DNA of 63,710 nucleotides, counting the filler, from Reticulomyxa filosa (Eukaryota > Protista > Foraminifera): the NCBI GenBank assembly GCA_000512085.1. It is 17 parts of 17 records of this genome, joined end to end, with 100 filler letters (N's around TTAATTAATTAA, not from the genome) between each part and the next. Parts side by side here need not be neighbours in the genome. Positions count along the whole stretch, not along the records: positions 11,418 to 26,346 come from ASPP01013478.1; positions 26,447 to 31,016 come from ASPP01026041.1; 15 more parts are not named here. One strand, written 5' to 3'. The notes under the pieces were generated by a model, which was given only the letters and a program-made list of their open reading frames with translations, was not told where the DNA came from and ran no database searches. Every line of letters starts with the position of its first letter. Position 1 is the first letter of the stretch. A program made the translations under genes and the position numbers. Of this stretch, positions 12,476 to 28,250 are shown one piece after another.

Positions 12476-15380
12476 GAATAAAACACGAATGGTTACAAGT
12501 ATTTTCAGAGTTGACCGAAAAGCAAAGCACTTTGAAAACGCCGAAACGAAGACCTGCGCCGCTGTGGCTGCCAGACGATTTCACCAAGCAATGCATGATG
12601 CCCAACTGCAACAACATCTTCACTTTTATGCGAAGAAGACACCACTGTCGATACTGGTATGAGCCTCTTTCCACAAAAAGGAATTTTAAAAATATTTGGA
12701 AAGAGAGAGAGAGAGAGAGAAATACACTGCCCACTTCATAAAGAATATTTGTGCATTATTTATTCGTTTGCTTCTGTGATATCATGATTCATACATACGT
12801 ATACATACATGCATACGTACGTATACATGTATTGTTTTTGAGATAGTGGGTATTTGGTGTGTGGCCAATGTTCGACGAGCCAGTTGCCTCATTGGACGCA
12901 GCCCGAGAAGTCGGTCCGTGTATGCAAACTATGTTTGTTAAGTAATGCAACACACACACACCACTAAAATGGTGTATGGTTTCTAGTGTGCATTTTTTTT
13001 AATTTTTTTTCTGTAAATAGTGAGGAATACAAAGCTTGCAAAAGACATCACGGATTCGCAACCACTGAAGTACCAAGACGAAGAGACATCTCTATCGGCG
13101 AAGGAGGGAGACCTTGGAAAATTGGAGTGACGACGATGACGACAATGACGACAACGAGAACGACGATGTCGTTAACATGGAGATATTCCAGCAACAAAGT
13201 GTGAAACGATCGATGGATGTAGACCTGACATCTATCGAAGGAAAAGTCTCGGATGCAAACAACCATTCAAAAGTGGCGGCGACGACGACGACGACGACGA
13301 CGGCAACGACAACGACAACGACGACGGCAACAACGACAACGACGACGGATCGCAACGACTACGTGCCGGAAATCCTGGGGGCTCCGTCTCTTTCTGCAAG
13401 GTCGAAAAAACTCAGTTTCAAAACGTCATCTGCCCCGATCAAGTTTTGTCGTGTATATCACATTCGTTTGTTGGACAAGGGAAGAGGGATGAGAGAGAGG
13501 ATGTGAGTTGTGAGTGGTAACATTGTCCATTGACAAGCACGCGATATGTCCACACCACAGACAAAGCGAAGACAAAGTCATTTTTTCGACGACTGCAAAA
13601 TTGTATCGTCTCAACCTCAATAATGCAAAGCATTTCGCCACAGAGTCCATTTCTGGGTTGCAAGTTTCGTTTGATATCGCGAGAGCTCGCAAAAACAGAA
13701 CTTAGAAAAGGGGGCGGGGGGGAGAGGGAAAAAAAACCCTCCTCCTCCCCTCTCCCCCCTTTGCAGTCATTCTTAATAAACAAATCAAAAAAAAAACAAA
13801 CAAACAATAGAAGGACACTTTGATACGCCATCAACCGATGAAATGCTATCGCCAGACGCACGACCACTAGTAAACGAACAGTCATTGCCAGAAAGCTATA
13901 CACTGAGTGGCACCATAGGCTCGCCCTCCACAACTCCGATACCCGGGGATAGACTCCCTTTGCAACCTGAAAAACGATTCCGAGAAGTCGGACATGGCGT
14001 GCTCACTATTTCCGTTCACTCCGTTCATACTGATTTCCTTATCATGGGTTTGCAAACGTATAATGAATTTGTACAATGGAATTTGCCTCTTGAATCCATG
14101 GTACGTATACGTATACGTATATATATATATGTATATATGCGTGTACACATAAATCCAACCTGATTTTTTACTGTCAGAATTTGATGGCTTTTACAGAAAC
14201 CAAAGAAAAAAGATGACAGAAATTGTTTGTTGAAAGCGAAAGAAATGAAAAATGAACGAAGCGAAATCGTTTGTGTGCAGATCAAAGACAAAGATATTAT
14301 GAAGTCTTTTTTGAATTTGTTGACTTCGCTGATCATTTTTCACAATGTTACTTTTTTTATTGTATCTACAAATAATACAAAAATAACAAATAATTAATGG
14401 CAATTAACTACTACTACTACTACTGACCAGGAAGACCCTGCGATACCTGGATCGGAGTTGAACAAATCGCGTTTAGTAAAGGCGGAAGAGGACAACAAAA
14501 GTGAAAATAATGAGAAACAACCCGAGGACGTGAAATTGAATGACGATCCAGAAGCCCGGGCCAATTCGAAAATTCGTCATGTGAGTCATTTCTTGAAACG
14601 GTTAGGAAGTGATCCGAATATCAATGAATTCCATCTTTTGACACTGCTCAGAAACAAGGGGTTGACCAATGAGGAATTGATGACAGCTTATATTCAATCC
14701 GGAGTTTTGTCTAACTATTTTTTACCAATATTTACACCACATCACAGGTACAACAGGAATGAATTTTTTAATTTTTTTTTTTTTTTGTACAGGTTACAGT
14801 CCCCAGAGAGTTGAAATTTGCACTTCGGCAGCTAGAGTCGGGCACAGGCAAGAGAGCCTCCGTTGACCTCATCGATAGTGATCCACAGACTCTGTCAAAT
14901 CGAAAGGTCACTGGCAACTTGCTGAAAACGTCCTCTACTTCCGATGCTGAGTCTGAAGACCTATGGGTTAGGATACTATCAATAAAAAAAGATATATTTA
15001 TTTGTTTTGTTTTGTTTTTTAATTTTAAAGTATGTTTGGTGTTTGATGATCACAAGTTACCCTTACGAGCAGGAACAGATGCATACAAGGAGATTCCAGA
15101 ACAAAAGTCGGAAGCAATCAATTCTGAAGTAGATAAGGAGTCATCCAATGCTCAAAATGCTTCGACGAACAATGACAGCAAACAAAAATCTCCGGTTGCA
15201 GAGCGAAGAACTAAATCTCAAATGCCTCCAGTACTCGCTCTCAACGCATTAAATGAAAGCCTCAAAGATGACGAAAAGAGCAAATCTCATGAGAGATCGG
15301 CCAGTCAAAATAACGCAAATTCTGCAAAAACTTTGACTAGATTCAAAAAGTCTCTTGGATTTAAACAAGACAAATCCTGA
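11454..15380 (+). CDS. FGD/frabin-like RhoGEF (DH-PH-FYVE), partial, multi-exon
   Basis: DH end LPSYLSKPFQRMLKYKLLLQ/EILKHT..NHPD; PH RKFIKEGKLTKICRK...FVLFSDLLLYG; FYVE WLPDD..QCM..C...FTFMRRRHHCRY/CGYLVCGQCS...VRVCKLC. Downstream exons run to the stop at 15380. The 3' exon structure is less certain. Confidence 0.85.
13279..13347 (+). repeat. (ACG/ACA)n trinucleotide repeat encoding poly-Thr
   Basis: Seen directly, inside a RhoGEF exon. Confidence 0.9.
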
Positions 15381-16038
15381 TGTAATGTCGTTTTTTGTAT
15401 AGTGACTTCTTTTTATTTTATTCTTATTCTTGGTTCTTTTTCCTTCTTTCTTTTTCTGTCTTCCGGATTACATTCGTTGATTTTGTTTTTATTCTGTACT
15501 CTTTTTTTGCACAACCGCTTTCACAATTACAGCTTGGTACGTGATGTGCAATGCATGTTCATTTGTCTTTCTCAATGTTTATTCAACAGTATAAAATCGA
15601 AAATACTTTAAAACAAGATCCAAATGAAGTGCTTGAGCTTAAAAAAGCGAAGTAAAAAATAGTAATAGCATCAAATGGCTCACTTTTTACAAAAAAGGTA
15701 ATTCATTTCTTCAATGTAAATGGATTTTATACCAGTGTAAAGAGGGCATAACATTTTTTCTACGGCTACAGACTCAATGAATATAATTTCATTCATATGT
15801 ATATTGATACAAAGTGCTAGACATAATTCGATAAGTTTAAAAATAGAAAATAGTCTTATGTTCATAAGCAATAATGCTTAAAAATTTCGAGTTATCATCT
15901 AAGACATCGTGCAGGATATATTCGAATTAAAGATCAAAAATAAAAAGATATCCTCTCTTGGTCCCGCACCAAACCAAAAACCAGATGCAAAGAACTGATT
16001 TCAAACGCAAAGATCAAAAATAGAATAGAAGATCAAAT

Positions 16039-17649
<1,611 letters not shown>

Positions 17650-17930
17650 TTATACTTTAAGAGAACATTACAATCCAATAATGTTTAATAAGTGTTGTTT
17701 ACACAGATGTGAATGCAATTTTCTTTTCCAAATCCTCAAATTTGAACGGTTTTTTATTTTTTTAAAAACATGTTAGATGTCTCTTTGTTAGTCTTAGTTT
17801 TAACTAAAACACATAAACTTTAGTGTATTTTTTGTAACTATTTGGACATTTGCACGGTAGGAGCATTTGCTTTTCTTTCTTGAGCCAACAACAGGTTTCA
17901 AAGAAAATTTTTAATTTTCTTTTTGAGGTC

Positions 17931-18717
17931 ATGTGGAAGTCTGGCATTTTTATTACCTTAGTATTTTTCCTCTCTTTGTTTGGAGGCATAAAAGATGTTT
18001 TGATCACAGACGATGGATATTCATATGTAACGGACACGAAAGGCAAGAGAAAAGTGACCTGTCACGTCGTTGAGTGCTGCTGAACAAGCATCTTTGAGTT
18101 GTAAAAAAAAGAAAGAGGAGGGGGGGGGGAGAAACGGAAAAAAAAAAAAATTAAATTGATGATAACAATGAAGAGAGTGGGGAGGGGTGGGGTTGTGGGA
18201 TGGATATATGCGGTGGAAAAAAAAAAACAAGTCATTTGGTGCAACGTGGGTATGGACACGTGAAAGAGACCCAAGTAACACAGTTCGAGAAAAGACAGTA
18301 GCATACGTGCAAGCATATGATGAGATGTGTGTGGAAGGAGATGAATCGGAGAGTTATTGTAAGTCATTAAAAGATCTGAAAACCAGTGGTTACGTGTACT
18401 ATGGATTGGATGTGATTGGAATATTTTGTAGCGGATGTGCGTTTTTGTTCACATTGTTTCTGATATTTGGACACTACTCGTTGTATAGGGGTACACGCAC
18501 GGACCAGAGTCTGTACTACCCGCCCCCAACTCCGACGGTCAAGTGGTTACACGATCACTGCATTCCAAGCAAACATGTGTTCGCTTATCAAATCATTATC
18601 GTCTTTTTTTTGTTTACCTCTTTAGTGTGTTTCATTTCGTCCGTTGGCGTGTTTATGCAGAATTACATTCCACATTTAGTTAACTTTATGCTTTTTGATT
18701 GGTTGCACTTTATTATT

Positions 18718-18748
<31 letters not shown>

Positions 18749-19125
18749 TTAGTGTTTATCGAACAAGACCATCTTTTTTTTTTTTTTAATAGAAACAAGT
18801 CTCAGATGAACTGTTTTTGTATTATTACTCCTTGGAATCCACAATGACGTGGGAAAAAGCTGAAGGTGGAATATCTGTATACTTGACAGTGCTTGCAATA
18901 ATTTGCAATGGATTGGCACTCCTCTTGTTGTCGTGTTGTGAGGTGTATCGGAAGGATGATATGGATATTAATGATCTTACTCCATGGAAACAAGTTCAAG
19001 CTGATTACCGTGCTTGTATCGCTTGTCTGAATTGCCGCAGAAACAGAAATGATGCGAACACCCACAATAATAACAACAATGAATATGAAAAACCTGGGGA
19101 CGGCAGTGATGATGAAAAATCCTAA
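17931..19125 (+). CDS. Four-TM membrane protein, claudin/PMP22-like topology
   Basis: Hydrophobic N-terminal segment, a loop with two Cys (EMCVEGDESESYCKSL), three more hydrophobic helices and an acidic tail. Probably three exons (ORFs 17850, 18187, 18817). Confidence 0.5.
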
Positions 19126-19727
19126 AACGGGTCGACCAGATTGAAACTGAAAACCAATAAATAAATAAAAAATCGTTCGAGTACACTTCAATCTTTGAAT
19201 TCCATCTTCTTTTTTTTTTATTGTCATTTGGATGGGTATTTTGCTGATGGTGTACGTCAGCTTTTCAAACAATAAGTCCCATGATCTCGGTTGTCTCTTC
19301 CTCCTTTCAGTGTGGTCACGCTTGTAGAAATATTTTGGAAGAAACTATACTATAACCTTTTTTAACTCTTTTAACTGCGTGTTCATTGCTAACTCCATAT
19401 TTTCCTTAGAAAAAAGCTGCTTGCTAAAAAAAAAAAATGCTTTCTTTCTTCAATAAATACGACTTGTAAGATGACTTGAAGTGGAAAATAACATAAGAGA
19501 GTTTTTTATCGACGCAAATAAAACATTTGAACCGTATCTCAATGACAAGCAAAAAAATATGAAAAGAAAAGAATCAATAAATTTGTAAACTTTGGACAAA
19601 TAAACAAGGTCAGGAGGTGCCTCTAATGGAACTTATCAGTGCGTCTGAGATGTTTGTTGAACAAGGGAAAAATCTGCAAAAGAAAAAAACCTTTCGGTGT
19701 ATTTATATTGCTTCTGATTATTAGAAG

Positions 19728-22480
19728 ATGTTGGGTTTAAATTGTGTCAGAAGAAGCGCTTTCTTGGTATGATTTGATTTATTTTTCTGTTTTAATACTT
19801 GTGACGAAATGTTATCTGTTTGTTTTTTCCACAATCCAGGGGGTCCGCAGATTTTCAACACCAGCCTTTAGTGCTTGGTCGCAACGTATACAAAACTTGG
19901 AAAAAGAATACCCAGGACTGTACAGCAGTTCATTTTTAGATGAACAAAAAGATTTGATTGCAAACCGCGATTCATCATTGAGTCAACTGCTAACTGACTA
20001 CGAAAACGCACGAACTAGCGTGCGTGAAAAGAGTGGAGAGGATGTTTTCATAAGTTTCAATGAAGATAAAATTTCCGCGATCACCACAGCCCCAAGTCGC
20101 ACTGTCATCCAAGAAAAAGGAAAATTTGAGGAAAAATTAAAACGGGGTGCCGAATGTATTCAAAATATTTTGAGATTACAAGTTTTGGCAAAAAAATTTA
20201 ATTTTTGGGGGGGAGGTTAGCCTTTTTTTTTTGAATGAACCAAAGGGAAAAAGAAAAAAGGGGGGGGGAGCAAGGGGAAAAAGAACGTTGCATAGTAAAC
20301 AAAACCAAAAAATTAAAGGTATCGCAAGAATCTTCGATTGAAAAAAAGAACTTGAAAATGATTGAATTAAGTGAATGGGGAGACAAGTTGGAGCAATGGA
20401 AAGCGACTTTAGAAGATGACACCAGTCAAGGAAGTTTCTTAGGCCTGCCCATCAGTGATACAGTTTGGTAATCTTTTTTTTTTAAAAAAATTTGTTGTTA
20501 TTTTTTTGTTTGTTTGTTGTTTGTGATGGCGTTTCTTAGCTCGGGGTTTTCTTTTCCCGCACAAATAATAATGATAAAAAAAAAAACAAAAAACAACAAC
20601 CTGCTTATAAATTTTTTTTTTTTGGTTTTGTGTTGTTGATGCATTGTGACACTGCTGAAAGGAATTGGATCAATGGGTGGCTGACCAATATGTGAAAGCT
20701 CCTCTTTTCCAGAGAAAATCACCCGAAGAACAAAAATGGATGAAAGAGTTAGACGAAAAATTGGTGGAGTATTTGAAATCGAAAAAACCTGATTTGGACG
20801 AAGACAAGTGGCGAAGTTTTAATGATGCTTGCAATGAAGTTTTGCGTGGGAAAAAATAGACTTTCTTTTTTTTTTTTTGGCTCAACGTTGATGTTGTTAA
20901 TAATAACACACGAGCAGACCAAATAAATAACATCAATTATTGTGTGATTATCAAACACAATTCAATAGGTATTCCATCCTCATAAAATCGAGCATTACAG
21001 CTTGAATGACTTTTCCAAGTCGTTGTTCCGTGCTGCGTTATGGCAGTCCGCTGAAAGATTACATGATGTCGAAAAAGTTTAACTTTTCATTTTACAGAGT
21101 TTTTTTTTTAAAGAAACGATAAATGATTTTTTTGTTTGTTTATTTTCTTTGCTTTCTGTTTTCAATCACAGAGTGTGCACAAGTTGCAAGGCTTGTACAA
21201 TGACACAAGCGACGACGATGTGAAGATTATTCGTCGCATGTATGAATTGTATCCTGACTCACATTTACCATCTTTGGTGGCTTTGCAACTTCAAATTACC
21301 GACCCACTGTTTGCGGCGAGATTGGTGGACGAAACTCGCGCTCGTTTGGAGAAGCAATTAGTTCAACGCGCGATAAAAGACATTGTGAGAGACTTTGAGC
21401 TTCCATATTTGAAACAACAAAAGGATGCCCTTCAACAACAATTAGATAGTGGATTGGAATCTAATCCAGCCATGTTACGCAATTATATTGAATTATTAAA
21501 AAAAATCATGAGAAACATATAAAGTAATGTGTTTTTTTGTGTTCTTTGTTCTCTTTGAATTATTTGGAATTGATTGCAGTTTACGACAAAAACTGAGCAA
21601 CATTGACGCCGAAATCGCCTCGTATGATGAGGAACTTCCTTCATTAGAAAAGGTGTTGGATGAATATTTACCCGAGAAATTATGGTCAAAAAATCCATCC
21701 GACGTGAAGGAAGCCATTTTGCAGTATTCTGCAGGTAAAGGTTCATTGGATGACGTTGTAGATGCTGTGAAAAAGACATTGGCTCCATCGCCTGAAAGTG
21801 CAAATTTGACAAGCTCAGACATATTGCAAATGAGCATTCGCTATCATAACGCTAAACACGAAAACTTGGATTTCTGGAACTTGCAAGAATTTATCTCAGT
21901 TTGTTCTGTTTTTATTTGGTTCATAGACAATTACTAAAATTGTAACTTGTTTAACAAATTTTTCCAATTCAAAACAGTACATTGACCAAAACCTCACCAG
22001 TGACAATTTGTTGGACTTATCCCGACACATGCGCAAAAGATTGCAAGGCCATGGAATAGATCCATTACTTATTAACTTGGTCAACATTTTAATTGAAGAC
22101 GAAAAGATTAGTGAATTGGGCCGAGTGTTGGGAGATTTTTCCCAAATCATGAAAATCTACCGTGGGGAGATTGAGGGAGTCATTGCTTCAGCACAGGTTT
22201 GTAGACATTTTTTTAAACTAATTTTTCCATTTGTGAGGGAAAACATTATTCAAGAAAAAAACAACTGAGTAATAAATGTATATTTCAGGAATTGACTGAA
22301 GACGAGTTCCGATTGATCATGGACACTCTCACAAAAGCAAACCCAGGTAAAAAAATAACAATGGCCAGAACCGTGGAACCTGGATTGCTTGCTGGATTCG
22401 TAGTTAAAGCAGGAGTTCAAAAATTTGATTTTTCTTTGTTGACACACATTGAAAAATCCAGGCAAGCAATGCAAGTGTAA
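19728..22480 (+). CDS. ATP5O: Mitochondrial ATP synthase OSCP (delta) homologue with large extra segments, about 9 exons
   Basis: C-terminus IDPLLINLVNILIEDEKI...FSQIMKIYRGEIEGVIASAQELTE...TVEPGLLAGFVVKAGVQKFDFSL is the OSCP/delta signature. The N-terminus MLGLNCVRRSAFL/GVRRFST is presequence-like. One probable homopolymer error near 21500. Confidence 0.8.
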
Positions 22481-25400
22481 GAAACACTAAACGTGTTTTG
22501 TCGGTTTTTTCCCTTCGTGAGGAGATGTTTGCTGTTTAATAATGACATCATAACTCAGGGAAATCTTGCAATGTTCATATTGCAACAGGATCTCATCTGG
22601 AAACAGCACTTTTTAAAAAGGTTGATTTGTGTGCTTAGTTGATGCATTCATCAGCTCTGTCATTATTGCAAATTCTTTTCAAAGGTTAAAAACATGTTTC
22701 TATCAAATACCTGTGTTCGACACTTGCAATACAAACCACTCATTCCTTGTAGTAATAATCTTTCATGTAAATAGGCTTTCATTTAATTTAACAAACAAAT
22801 GTTTTAACTACAAAAAGTGGAAAGAAAAAAGAGACAAAAAAGGTTTACTTTTCATTAGTGGTTTATCTCCTGGTCCACCGTCTTTCAATTGAGAAAAACT
22901 TGACTAATTTCGGAAAGACACGATATTCATTTGGAAGTTGCAAGTTTTGTTTTGAGAAGTATCTTTTTTTTTAAAACATTTTTGACATTTTTTCATTTCT
23001 GTGTTTGTGTTTTTTGGAAGGACTCATAATTGAACAAAAAGTGACATTATTGATATGTCACAAAAAAGATTTAGAGATATTGATAGTATGTGATTGAGGA
23101 TAACTGTTAATAAGACAAAAGAAAACGCAAAATCGAAAATGTAGATTTACTCGAAGATTGAATTCTATTGGTAAAAACTTTTGAAAGTGAATATATTTTT
23201 TTCAAATTGAGTATCTTGGTATTGTTCAGAGAATTGACAAAAAATGAATAAATTGACATTAATATAAAAAAGTTATTTCAAGATGAAAAAAAATTTAATG
23301 ATTAAAAAAAAAATATAATGATAATTGTTTTTAAAACTTAAAACTACCTTCATGATTGGCATTTCTTCAACAATACGGGAATATAAAAATTACATTTCTA
23401 AACTTTAAAAAGAAGGATTAACAAGAATGATGCTAGATAAAAAAAAAAAAATCTGGAACTAGACCCTTTTTAAGTAAACATTCAATTAGTAATAATTTTT
23501 TTATTTAATTGTTATATGATAATTATTCATGTTCAAAATGAAAAAAATAATTTTCGTATTTTTGCTGACTGTAAGATATTCGCTTCTAGGAACGATACAA
23601 ATAAAGAATTGAATAAGTAAAGAATTTACTCAATGAGATAATACAGCTTTTTGTTCAATACAAATTTCTATAGAAAAGTCTGTTCATAACCATTTTCCTT
23701 TATCAAAAATTACTTTTACTTTAAAATAACAATTGTTTATGTATATAATTTTTTAAATAACACTTGTAATATTGAATTATAAAATATAATATTTTTTAAT
23801 GACAAAAAAAAAGATCGAAAAAAATTATATTAATATTTTTGCATGATATTTTGAAGAGTGTACAATGGAGAAAATTTATGACTTGCAAATATTATTATTA
23901 AAATAACTTTGACAAAGATCAATAAATTGATAATTATATATTTTTTTTTGCATAAAAATTTAAATATTTAATCAAGATGATTTATTTTATCAATACAAAA
24001 AAAGAAAAACATTACACCAACACCTTTTTCAATTTTCTTTTGTTATTAAGACAAAACAAACCTTCTTGGTATCTAACAAGTTTTATTTATATCATTGACT
24101 AATTAAAAAATAATTTGACAGTCACAAAAAATTGTTCATTATCATGGCAAATTCTTTTTATAAAAAATATATATATATATTGTCTTATTCAATCCAAAAA
24201 TAATTGGACTCAGAAGTAGTCGATGTTTACAAAACAATCAGATTTGGAAAAAAGTATTGTATTTGTTAATTTATGACAATTCTTTGTTAAAAGATAAATT
24301 CAAATATTGCTGGTTATTCCAACTATGATATAATTTTAGCAATATAGCAATGCACAAAAAAATATATATGATATTCTTCTGAATGTATTTAGGCAATTAA
24401 AGATACAAAAAAATTTTTGATAGTATGTATGAATGCAATATATTTTTTTTCATTTAAAAAAAAATGGGATTGTATCATTAATTTATTTTTGAAGTACAAT
24501 CATACTTTTCTTTTAACGAAGAAATGAAATACAAAATTTTATATTAATCAAAGATTGTTTGCTGGATTTATTCAATATATTTCTAATAATAATATATAGT
24601 ATGATATTAGTGATTTCGACAGAAGATTTCGTCGGCAATCTGGAAATGAACATTTTTTTTTCATAACTTTGAGTAATAATAATTTTATTTTTAAAAAATA
24701 TATTGTTATTTATTCATTAAATATTTTATCAAATCAATTAAAAATTATAGTGCTGATAACAAATTACAAAGACTTGTTGCGTAGTTGCTCTTGTCAGTGA
24801 ATAATGAATTTTCTTTTTGTGGATACAAGTAACTATTCAATTTTTTCTATTTGTAAGGCCAAATGAATCAAAAAATATTTCTACAATCAAACAAGTTTAT
24901 AATAAATAAATACAGACAACTGAAAAATAAGTTGATTCTATGTAATAATTTGCTTGTTAGAAACTCAGAAAGAGTCTAAGTTTAATTATCTCTACAGTTT
25001 ATGGATATCTTTTCTGGTATTATTTTGTATAAAAACTCATGAGTATCAAATTCAGATAATTGAGTTATTTTTATTTATTTATTTATTTTATTTTTTAATC
25101 CACAATTTGTTCAAATTGATCATTTTTATTATATATCCGTTTGAATATTTTTTTTTTCTCTTTTTGACAATGTAGACACGTTTTTAAGATCAGATCATGT
25201 TGAATTAGTTCAAAAAAAAGTACTTCAATTTCAATGAATAATACAAAAAATAGCAAAAAGTTAAAATTCTGTTGAGAAATGTGAACATAAAATCAGTCAA
25301 CTGAAAAGGGTGTGGTTCCATTTTTTTTTCTTTTTTCTTTGTCATGGTTGTAATATCTTCAAAATACTTTGGCAACGAGTAGTAATGATTTTCTTTTTAG

Positions 25401-28019
25401 GACATTGATCAAGTCTCCTGCACTGATACAGTGAAAATATAATATTAATATTATTATAACAATTTATTTTCATTTGTATAAATAAAATATAACGTTTGCA
25501 TGAATATGGAAATTTTAAATGAAATATTTTGAATTGGTAAATAATACTATTTATTATCGTATTTGACAAATAATTCTTTATCTGAAAAAAATTCGAAATT
25601 CCGATATTATTTCCTTTTGTGTTATTAATTTGTATATATATATTGATATTTCTTATAGGAAAATTGAAAGAAAAAAAAATTGTTTCAAATATTGGTGTGG
25701 ATAATTCTTAGTTTCTGTCGCAAAATCGTACAACGTTGAACAAAGTTCGAGATTGAGAACCTTTAAAAGATGTTATCATATTTCTTCATAACTATGAACA
25801 ATTAAGAGTTTTTTGTTTTGATGGAACATGTTCAATATCTTACATTGATCCATGAATTTATGTAACAAAATTTTTGAAGTTTGTTCAAAATGTCATTTCT
25901 TTTTCAAGTAAATGAAAATCATATTGAATGAAACGACTACAAAAAAGGTGTAATTTGAAGAAATACATAATCAGTGTGTCTACGTCACAAAGTAGTTCAG
26001 GTGAAGTACGATCAGTTTTTAATAAAAGTAATACAAAAAAAAAAGATACAACGAAAAAATGTTATAGATTATATAAATGCATTTATTGTCTCATTTGTTA
26101 TGCATCAACTAATTATAAAACTATTTTTTTCTTTTTTCAAAATAAAAAATGAAAAGTATCATGCAAATAAGATAATGATTATATGCTATATGTACGTTCA
26201 TTTCGTTTATATATGCACAAATCGAAAAAAATATGAAAAAAAGAATAAACATATCATCCTCTGCTCCAGCAATAATGTTTTCTAAATTAATGACAATAAA
26301 TTTATATGGGGTGTCCAGAAAAATTAAACATGCATCACACTTTTTTNNNNNNNNNNNNNNNNNNNNNNNNNNNNNNNNNNNNNNNNNNNNTTAATTAATT
26401 AANNNNNNNNNNNNNNNNNNNNNNNNNNNNNNNNNNNNNNNNNNNNAAGAACATTTGTCCTAGGGGAATGTTCCACGACGGCAAGCGATGATTCTTCTAT
26501 CTGTATTTCATAGATGGCGACTATACTTATCACACTGAGAATGACATACATAAAAAGATGATCGATTACAGCTTCACTCCACAAGAACTCACGCATGGAC
26601 AGTATAATCAGATTCTATCTACTTTAGCGGCACTGAGACCACGTCACAGCCAGTTACCGTTTCTTATGGTCGCTTTGCTCCTTATTACAATTTTTGAATT
26701 AGTTGCGATCTTGTATATGTACGTATTTTGGGAGATTAATAATTTTTTTCATGTGAGTGTGATCTTTTTTACATTTTTGTGAACGTTAGTTGAAATATGT
26801 TCATTTTTTTTTTTTTTTTTACAATGTGTTTGAATTAGTTTGATTATATTGAAAAAGAGGATAATGTTTCTTATCTTTTTGCTTTTGTTATTTTCAAAAA
26901 AAAGAAAAGAATGTTGTCTTTTTTTTTTTCAAGTAATATTATTCATCACAAAATTTTTGTTGAGACAGAAAAATAAATGCACAAACCAACTCTTTAAGGA
27001 GGAAACACTTGGAGATGAAAGATTTTTTCAACTGCAGGAATACAAGAAATGATTAATTCAATCTAATTTGGAAGACAATAACAACAACAATTAGAATAAC
27101 ACATGTTACACAGTGAGACTAAGTTACATAAAAAGAATAAAATAAGGACATATCACGAAGGGATCGGACAACATTGCCAATATAAATGTATATATATGTA
27201 TATATTATGACAATGTTAATTTTTATTTCCGAGATCGTGATAAGCGTACTTGCTTTCTTCTGCTGGGCGTAATAATAACAAGCTTTGCAATAAGAATTCA
27301 CGTCGATAATAACGATCATAATGCAATCGAAGACATCTTTGGCAACAGTCAATACGATTAGCGAAGAAGAAGAAAAAGAAGGAGAAGGGAGAAAATACGT
27401 TGGTACAAATGTGGTCCCCAGATTAGATCATGATACAGACGTCATCTCAAGTGCTCAATGACGACAATAACGACGAAATAGAGCCAATAGAAATGGCAAT
27501 CGATTGGAAGGCATATTTGGCCTTATTTTTATTCACATTAAATACAATTACTTGGTCATTGTATTTAATATGTTGAGTCGTCGCTTTGTCCCTAGGCAAG
27601 GGGGATCGGCATTGTTCCAACGCGGAATGATGAGTCGTACTCGTATTTTATGATGGCACAACTGTTCATACATTTGCGAGACGGGGTGGTCCTTACGAAC
27701 ACAGGTATTGCAACAAGGAAGGGATATGGTATTGAATGTTTGTGCATTGTGCAAAAGACGTCTAATATTTTATTAACTTGGCATGCCATCTTTGGAAAAG
27801 ATCCACCAATTTATATTTGACCAAGTAGATATGGTACTCTCGACATTGTAGAAGGACCGATATGGTTTCACGATCCAACACCTTCATGTGTCTCTCGCAT
27901 TGACACTATTCGCCATTGTTGGATGCTGTTTATTTATGGGAAGATCACAATAATATTACCTTTGGCATATCGCTTGCACATACAATTTTTTTTGGTGGTT
28001 TTTGTAATACCTCTGTTCT

Positions 28020-28250
28020 GATCAAAAAATAGCAGTTCTTGCTTCTGCATTTCTGTGCACCCCCTTCTTCTTCTTCGTTTGCAGTTCCATCATCTACACC
28101 ACCAATGGACTTAACACATCCCAGTTGCTGTGAACACAAAGACAACAAACCACAACTTAATTCAAACTACTTTAAAAGAAAGACAAAAGTAATCAATGTT
28201 TGTTTAACTTCAATTTTCTTTCAAAGCCATTTCAAATCATCCAATTTAAT
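28020..28250 (-). pseudogene. Degenerate member of a dispersed gene/repeat family, homologous to 43140-43370
   Basis: Shared tgaaagaa.attgaagttaaa..aacattg.tta.ttttgt...tttgaattaa and gatgga.c..caaa.gaagaa.aagaa...gaagcaag. Product unknown. Confidence 0.6.

Noticed and set aside
21490-21525. In-frame stop in the OSCP gene as programmed frameshift or pseudogenisation
   Set aside because: It follows an A8 run, and one extra A restores both frame and splice phase. A homopolymer error is more likely.
22900-26346. Possible decayed genes in the long AT-rich tract (e.g. KRFRDIDS near 23065, faintly dynein-like)
   Set aside because: Too short and degenerate to support a call.
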